Source: a candidate division FCPU426 bacterium (lineage in GTDB: Bacteria; Oederibacteriota; Muellerivitia; Muellerivitales; Muellerivitaceae). From it: a stretch of 64,000 nt of DNA. The notes below the pieces were generated by a model. It ran no database searches. It saw only the letters and a program-made list of their open reading frames with translations, and had not been told where the DNA came from. Of the stretch, positions 59,201 to 64,000 are shown in pieces (the stretch's first letter is position 1; each line of letters opens with the position of its first letter). Made by a program: the position numbers and the translations under genes. The stretch is from positions 288,001-352,000 of the forward strand of contig CAVYSE010000028.1 in NCBI GenBank assembly GCA_963771075.1. Reading direction: 5' to 3'.

Positions 59201-59673
59201 ACTGGATGGGAAAGGTTCTTCTTGAGCCAATGTTCCCAGGTCTGGGTCTCAAAAGCGCCGGATTGAACCTCATCCATCAATGCAAATTGGGGGTCCACCC
59301 CGGCTTCGACTGGGTATTCCTTCAATAATCCAGCGCAGAATGAGTGGATGGTCGAAATGGGGGCCTTTTCCATATCTTCTAAGGCTTTTAGGATCAGGTC
59401 TTTTTGTTCGGGTTGTTTTGCTAGGGCCTCTTCAAGTTTGGAGCGCAGACGTTGGGCCAGCTCGGCGGCGGCCTTTTCGGTGAAGGTAATAGCCGCGATG
59501 CGGCTTAAGGGAACCTTTTTTTCAAGCAATAGGGCGATGAGCCGGGCGACCAATTGTGTGGTCTTGCCCGTGCCCGCTCCCGCGTCTACCGCGAAGAGGG
59601 TCTCATGTTCATGAGTGACACGGTCCCGAATTGATTCGTCGGAAACACTTTTCAACTTTCTATTTCCTTTCAA
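56281..59673 (-). CDS. addA: AddA-like UvrD helicase / PD-(D/E)XK nuclease
   Basis: 'AGAGTGKT', 'TFTEKAA', 'DEFQD', 'GDPKQSIYRFR', 'TIHKAKGLEF', 'LYVAVTRA', 'VDYKTD'. Confidence 0.9.
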   Translation of the reverse strand: MKGNRKLKSVSDESIRDRVTHEHETLFAVDAGAGTGKTTQLVARLIALLLEKKVPLSRIAAITFTEKAAAELAQRLRSKLEEALAKQPEQKDLILKALEDMEKAPISTIHSFCAGLLKEYPVEAGVDPQFALMDEVQSGAFETQTWEHWLKKNLSHPVEPLFRFLRLGGTFEHVDKLKQFLKRNRTLLKTPEKQALLSVEPFRKEWKEFLAWSKKTAKDCKDHKDKLYEALESFWADSQIIEILEKPSPLEGEGRVRGNHVSHSHPHPDLLPAREKGKAIDASGPIKPEEIAFELASLDIPKAKKKGNQKAWDKAVLEEIRLRFERLAEDHSSAFAPFREAVLLNLIHWIGGYLKEWETQKARSGFLDFDDLLLKTRDLLRDHPDSREEIKKRFDTLFVDEFQDTDPLQVEIVFFLCELQGRHEKDWKKAALEPGKLFLVGDPKQSIYRFRRADVAIYEATKERILANGGKVEVLTENFRTVGGLVEWVNERFLPQFEGSGITYRALNASREKGKTEGTLPILWGLKVPIPEWSEDTKSFYRQQEAEWVAAYLKEKVLNGGWTVSDPQTHEKRPIRAGDIAILFRDLSNENEEFWEEALRKRDLPYQIIGGKRFYNRPEIVALSTLLTCLSSPADEAACVAVLRGPLFGFSDEDLFLHRADKGSFLFQEDAKEKMGKAFKCLRDWFDATRILGVSETLSYLYEHTNLLAITAGQPHGEQRVANLMKVLDQARNLETTQHFTYRAFTQWLITQQEEGTLEGEAPGPDSSEDRITLMTIHKAKGLEFPIVFISAWASDPKDSGSLVDRKAMAGAFKVGKVDLGLKTTNYDPVKQDEELQQLAENTRLLYVAVTRARDCLLLPYFQLPPEGKFQNENLFAGPLLKALEEKGSPVLWAEPDSLKESLEDPPVWTVKLNVDPKDPALQTEKEKLDSERQMRKNQVEGMRGKRTFQSVTSVLGVDEDKKETEERFWEGPEPSSPWGGKELGSFTHLLLEKAWDWKPAQIPQAAEYYGEKMGLTSEQRLEAAQWVEQTLANPLIQRAKRSERTFRELPLTGKHEKDFLNAVLDLVFLEEGKWVIVDYKTDRDPNKLAEKYGKQLKHYAKLLGQTTPYPVKEAHLLFIRENRAKAVPL
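58843..58935. repeat. Inverted pair of CCCTCTCCC-N5-GGGAGAGGG REP-like elements in frame inside addA
   Basis: Encodes PSPLEGEGRVRG...PHPDLLPAREKG. Confidence 0.85.
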
Positions 59674-60124
59674 ACATTAATATCAATATTTCACTTATTT
59701 CATTTTCCTTTGCATCTCGAATAAAAAAGCCATTCCCAATTTGTGTTTCAAAAAAGTTAGGACCAATTCCAAAATATCCTAAGAATTTACCATCTGAATA
59801 AAACTCAATCCGTTTTTTGTGAACGGGAACTCCGTACCACGGAACATACCAATATTTACTTTTTAGACCTATAAATGTTTTAATTTTTTTTATTGTTTCA
59901 GCATCTCTGGTCTCGCCAAATTTTGAATCCATGTTACTTTTAAAAATTAAGTGGTCCGCTTTCTCAATTGATGCGACTGGATAGGTATTTTTCTGATTAT
60001 CATTAAATACCGAACAACCACAAAAAAAAGAGGTCGTAAGGAAAAAAGAAATAATACCTTTAGCGAATCGAAAATTACTCGCGGCTAATTTATTTCCTGT
60101 TGAACCTACATTTTCTTGGCTCAT
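59660..60124 (-). CDS. AT-rich hypothetical (lipoprotein-like) protein
   Basis: Hydrophobic segment ending FCGC; low GC. Confidence 0.6.
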   Translation of the reverse strand: MSQENVGSTGNKLAASNFRFAKGIISFFLTTSFFCGCSVFNDNQKNTYPVASIEKADHLIFKSNMDSKFGETRDAETIKKIKTFIGLKSKYWYVPWYGVPVHKKRIEFYSDGKFLGYFGIGPNFFETQIGNGFFIRDAKENEISEILILMFERK

Positions 60125-60344
60125 ACCGGTTCCTCCAGCTTGAAAAAATCCCAACCTTATAATCTTCCCGTTTCCGCTCGCCTCGCTTTTCCGCGCCAGG
60201 TCCGCATAAAAATCTACAGTTGCACCGCTCACAAGCCTTGGCCGCAGCGGGGAAAAGGCCCTGCTCCACGTCTTACGATGCGGTCATCAAATGAGCCTTT
60301 AAGTCCCACTTGTTCCCTTTCCCTGGGCGCAATATACTTACGCC

Positions 60345-60527
60345 ATGACACTCAAAACCCTTGAAAAAGCCATCCAAAAGCTGAAGCCGGAAGAGCAACG
60401 TAAGTTTCTTCGCGACTTACCCGCCCTGATCCGCCTTTCCAAGGACGATTTAGCCCGGCTGAAGGCAGCTGAAAAATCCTTTGCCTTCTGGAACAACCCC
60501 GAAGATGCCGTTTATGACCACCTTTAA
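60345..60527 (+). CDS. Putative antitoxin
   Basis: 60 aa, ends 'FWNNPEDAVYDHL', overlaps the toxin start. Confidence 0.8.
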   Translation: MTLKTLEKAIQKLKPEEQRKFLRDLPALIRLSKDDLARLKAAEKSFAFWNNPEDAVYDHL

Positions 60528-60858
60528 AAAGGGTGACATCGTTCTAGTAGCTTTTCCCTTTACCGACCTTACCACCACCAAAGTACGTCCGGCTTTAGTC
60601 ATTTCCTCAGACTCTTTTCAAAGGTCAAGCCTAGATATTGTTTTAGCAGGCATTACCTCCCAGATTCCCAAAAAGCTACCCATTACTGATTTCCTTTTGT
60701 CGGAAGAGGACCAACACCAAGCTGGCCTCCCCAAACCCTCCATCGTGCGGCTAGGCAAGATCGTCACCTTGGACAAACGGTTGATTCGAAAAAAATTAGG
60801 CCATCTTCCTGAGGTCACCCTATCCAAGTTGACCATGGAACTACATAAAGTTATTTAA
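60514..60858 (+). CDS. MazF/PemK-family endoribonuclease toxin
   Basis: 'KGDIVLVAFPFTD...KVRPALVIS', 'ITSQ', 'GLPKPS'. Confidence 0.92.
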   Translation: MTTFKKGDIVLVAFPFTDLTTTKVRPALVISSDSFQRSSLDIVLAGITSQIPKKLPITDFLLSEEDQHQAGLPKPSIVRLGKIVTLDKRLIRKKLGHLPEVTLSKLTMELHKVI

Positions 60859-63800
60859 GTTAGCTCCTCCAACTTGAAATAATCTCCAACTCTCATATCT
60901 TCACGTTTCCGCTCGCCACGCTTTTCAGAACCAGGTCCGCAGAGCAACCTGAAATCGCATCTCTCGCAAGCCTTGGCTGCCGCAGGGAAGAGACCCCGTT
61001 CCACAGCTTGGGATGCGTTCATTAATAGAGCTTTCAAAGGTTCTTCAACTTTATCCCAATCGGTGGCGTCGAAGGGGGTGGAGCTGTATCCGCCCTTGGC
61101 CGTGATGAACTCATAGACCGCCTGTTCGGGGGTTAGATTTGGATAGAGCGTGCGACAGGCCCAGAGGTAGAGGGGCATCTGAATTTTGGTGCCTTCCTTT
61201 ACGCTGTTCTTCTTGAAGCCGATGTTGCTTCCCGATTTGTAATCCACGACCCTTAAGTGTTTCCCATCCGCTTTGACATCCACCCGGTCCATGAAGCCTT
61301 CCAGCCGGAAGGTCCCGGCGGGGGTGGTAAAGGCCACCTCGGCCTGGCCTGAGCGGCCAAAGGCCTTCTCAAAATCCACCGGCGTCCAATCGGGGTCTTC
61401 CAAGACCTCCCGTAAGACCCTTTCCAGGTCATGGGTCAAAATGAACTGGCTCCATTGCCACAACGCTAGCGAACCGGGTACGCCTTCCTTCTCGAATCGC
61501 CTGAAGATGCGCTGGGTTTCCTCGCTCAGGGCCAGTCGGGCCTTCTTCTGGTCTCGTTCTTTCAGCCAGCCTTCCTTCACGCCCCGGGAAAGCACTTCTT
61601 CCAAAACCTCGTGCATAAGGTTTCCCTTTTCCGCAGGGTCCAACTGAAAGACCCGCTCGGGTTCTGGGTGAATCTTCAACCCCAGCACATAACGGTAGAA
61701 ATAACGCAGGGGGCAGGCGGCGTAGGTTTCCAGGCGTGAGGCCGAGAGGGTCTTTTGTTTCAGGGAATGTTCCTGGCTGAGCCTTTCGATGGTCTTGGCG
61801 TCCTCGAAGACCCCGTCATAGGGGGTGAAGCGGCGTTTGCCCTGTCGTTCCTGGAGCATTTCCCGGGCTTCCTGGTAGAAGGGCTTCCCTTCCAGATAGG
61901 CCTGGGCGGGCAGGGGGTTGCCCTGTCGGGCTTCCTGGAACCGGGTGAGCACCTCTTCCAGGTCGTCGACCCGGGTGGCTCCTTCGCCCCTGATCCAATC
62001 CGAGACCGAGACCTTCTTGATATAGGGGGAATCCGCGCCCCATTCGGTCTGCCGCTTACCCGTTACAGCCCGCAGGGTTTCGTGCAGGTAGCTGGAAGGA
62101 ACCCTTGGGGCACCGGTGCCGGGATGCAGGTGAGAGGCGGTGAGGATGAGGCATTTCTGGGCGCTTCGGGCCATGAGAAGAAAGAGAAGCTTTTCTTCAA
62201 GGCGGCCTTCCGCCTTCTCGGGGATATGGGCCTTACCCTCGAGAAGACCATTGAGAATTCGTCTTTCCTCATCCAAGAGCAGTGGGTCTTGCCGGGGCAC
62301 CCGGGGAAAACCCTGTTCGACCAAGCCAGGCAGTACGATGACGTCGAATGGAACTCCCCGGGCCTGCATGAGTTCCGAAACCTCGACCCCGCCAAACTTG
62401 GGTGTTTCCCAGGGAATCGATACCTCATCCATGAGCCCAGTAAGCAGGGCGGCCAACTCATCTTTCTCGACCGTGAAAGAATCTTTGGTAAGAATCTCCA
62501 CACCCCACCTCAGGGTCTTCAATTGTTCCTTCGCCTCGGAAGGCCGGAAGATCTTTTCGACCAGGTCGAAGAGCACCCGGGTCTTGCCCACCCAGTTTTT
62601 TTCTTTCTCGAAAAGATGCCGATTGTTGATGAGAATCTGTAAAACCTTTTTCCGAAAGCCTGTTAGCGAATCTCTTTCTTCTTTCGAGAAACTTTCCTCT
62701 TCACGCCTTTCGGGGTCGGAACCTTCATGCAGGTGATCCTGCATGCGGTCCAGCCAAGCGCCCTCGCCTTCCACGATGCCCGCTTCCTTGGAAGCCTGAT
62801 CCCACAAATGAGGATTCCAGTCGGCGCCCTTGAGGCCGAACCCTTCCGGGTTGAGGTTGGGGCTGGAAAGGAAATTCATGAGGGTCTCGCGGGGGAATTC
62901 GTTCTGGAAACACTCAAGCAGAAGCAGGAAGGCCTTGGCCTCCGGGGTTTCCAAGAGGAAGACCGGGGGCTTTTTGGCGATGGGTATTCCTTGGCCGTCG
63001 AAGGCCGGGACGATTTCCCGTCGGTAGGCGTCGAATTGGCGAAGGATCAACCCGCATTGGGTGAAGGTGGTTTTTCTTCGCTCTGCTTCCTCAGTAATGG
63101 AACGCACGACTTCCCGCATTTCCCTAGGCTCACCAGGGCACAAGAGAACCTTCAAATCGGAGTCCTCAAACCTCATCGAACCATCACCCTCATCCCGGCC
63201 TTCTCCCCTCAAGGGAGAAGGAGAACCAGCCACCCTCGCCCCTTGAGGGAGAGGGTCAGGGTGAGGGGTGCCTTGAGATTGTTCCGTTATAAATAAATCG
63301 TTTTGCAATCTGCCAAGCGGTGTCGCCTTTAAGCTTTCATACTTACCAACTCCTTTAACCGTTCCATTTTCTTTCACCCATTCCACGAAAGGTTTGGCGT
63401 ATTCAAAAGCCGGATGATCCTCATAGGGGATGAACCAATAATTTTCCATTTTATTGTCATTGCGAGGAGCCGCCCCAATCGGGGCGTTTGGCGACGTGGC
63501 AATCTCAGTTTTTGCTGTTAAATGAAGTAATACTTTTTTTTGTAGTGCCGGCGCGTCGTAAAAACCGTAGGTCCAGAGCGGGGTTTCGGGCGGCGGCAGG
63601 GTCAGGACGTCGACATAGAGGTCTTCGCGGTCTTTCCATTTCTCCCTATTCTTCCAGGCTTCATAGGCGGCAAGAACCCGGGAGAATTCGTCCCATTTTT
63701 CCGAAAGTCGCTTACGGGTTTTGTCCTTCCCGATCTTGCGGGAGGATCCTTTTAGGTCCGCCGGGTCGATGCTGGCCTGCCGAAGCTCGGATAGGGTGGC

Positions 63801-64000
63801 CTGGAGGGTCTTGTGGAAACCGGGGGTATCCTCCACTGCCTTGAAGGATCGCAAGGCGGGTTTGAGGCCCCGGGCCGTCTCCCGCAAAACCCAGGGCACC
63901 AGGGATTCGGGCAGCATCCGAAAACCCTCCTGAATCCATTTTCCCTCGGTGGCTTCCAGCAAGTATTGGTGGAAAGTCAGGAACCGGATGTTGAAAACTT
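60855..64000 (-). CDS. addB: AddB-like PD-(D/E)XK nuclease subunit with Fe-S cysteines; 5' end beyond window
   Basis: 'SASRLETYAACP', 'G..DRVD', 'VDYKSG', 'QMPLY', 'CERCDFRLLC'. Confidence 0.85.
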   Translation of the reverse strand, partial: VFNIRFLTFHQYLLEATEGKWIQEGFRMLPESLVPWVLRETARGLKPALRSFKAVEDTPGFHKTLQATLSELRQASIDPADLKGSSRKIGKDKTRKRLSEKWDEFSRVLAAYEAWKNREKWKDREDLYVDVLTLPPPETPLWTYGFYDAPALQKKVLLHLTAKTEIATSPNAPIGAAPRNDNKMENYWFIPYEDHPAFEYAKPFVEWVKENGTVKGVGKYESLKATPLGRLQNDLFITEQSQGTPHPDPLPQGARVAGSPSPLRGEGRDEGDGSMRFEDSDLKVLLCPGEPREMREVVRSITEEAERRKTTFTQCGLILRQFDAYRREIVPAFDGQGIPIAKKPPVFLLETPEAKAFLLLLECFQNEFPRETLMNFLSSPNLNPEGFGLKGADWNPHLWDQASKEAGIVEGEGAWLDRMQDHLHEGSDPERREEESFSKEERDSLTGFRKKVLQILINNRHLFEKEKNWVGKTRVLFDLVEKIFRPSEAKEQLKTLRWGVEILTKDSFTVEKDELAALLTGLMDEVSIPWETPKFGGVEVSELMQARGVPFDVIVLPGLVEQGFPRVPRQDPLLLDEERRILNGLLEGKAHIPEKAEGRLEEKLLFLLMARSAQKCLILTASHLHPGTGAPRVPSSYLHETLRAVTGKRQTEWGADSPYIKKVSVSDWIRGEGATRVDDLEEVLTRFQEARQGNPLPAQAYLEGKPFYQEAREMLQERQGKRRFTPYDGVFEDAKTIERLSQEHSLKQKTLSASRLETYAACPLRYFYRYVLGLKIHPEPERVFQLDPAEKGNLMHEVLEEVLSRGVKEGWLKERDQKKARLALSEETQRIFRRFEKEGVPGSLALWQWSQFILTHDLERVLREVLEDPDWTPVDFEKAFGRSGQAEVAFTTPAGTFRLEGFMDRVDVKADGKHLRVVDYKSGSNIGFKKNSVKEGTKIQMPLYLWACRTLYPNLTPEQAVYEFITAKGGYSSTPFDATDWDKVEEPLKALLMNASQAVERGLFPAAAKACERCDFRLLCGPGSEKRGERKREDMRVGDYFKLEELT
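63187..63268. repeat. Inverted pair of the same REP-like elements in frame inside addB
   Basis: CCTTCTCCC-CTCAA-GGGAGAAGG and CCCTCGCCC-CTTGA-GGGAGAGGG; encodes PHPDPLPQGARV...PSPLRGEGRDEG. Confidence 0.85.
63455..63506. repeat. TGTCATTGCGAG...GCAATCTC palindromic element in frame inside addB
   Basis: Same ends as the intergenic copy at 1702-1755; encodes EIATSPNAPIGAAPRND. Confidence 0.8.

Overview
64-kb window of a bacterial chromosome (moderately GC-rich; the lineage cannot be assigned from sequence alone). Housekeeping content includes a TRAP permease, lipA, gcvT/gcvH, a fused gcvPA-gcvPB, prfC, lpdA, a LipM-type ligase, erpA, nadE, queD, SRAP, tRNA-Val(CAC), hpnCDE, a CDF exporter, and addA/addB split by a MazEF-type module. 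Three accessory themes stand out. (1) A cell-envelope acylation island (~27.9-45.2 kb) holds two divergent MBOAT/SGNH systems, one with a free DltX-like Tyr peptide and one with that motif fused to the MBOAT. The second is co-encoded with FkbH, an ACP and a MaoC-SDR didomain, which suggests a stand-alone glyceryl/lactyl-ACP donor for transmembrane acylation. Three NHL-propeller/SGNH paralogues follow. (2) A REP-associated tyrosine transposase (RAYT) locus (15.5-20.1 kb) has terminal inverted repeats, an IS4 insertion, truncated tandem copies and captured fragments. Several dispersed palindromic repeat families also occur, some in frame inside addA/addB, plus a ~75-bp two-hairpin element flanked by CA duplications. 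(3) Several intact genes encode apparently catalytically dead enzyme homologues, and one encodes a membrane-anchored ParB-like protein. Frameshifts cluster at 11-13.5 kb and 24.5-30 kb and are most likely sequencing/assembly indels. All calls come from visual motif recognition; no database searches were run.
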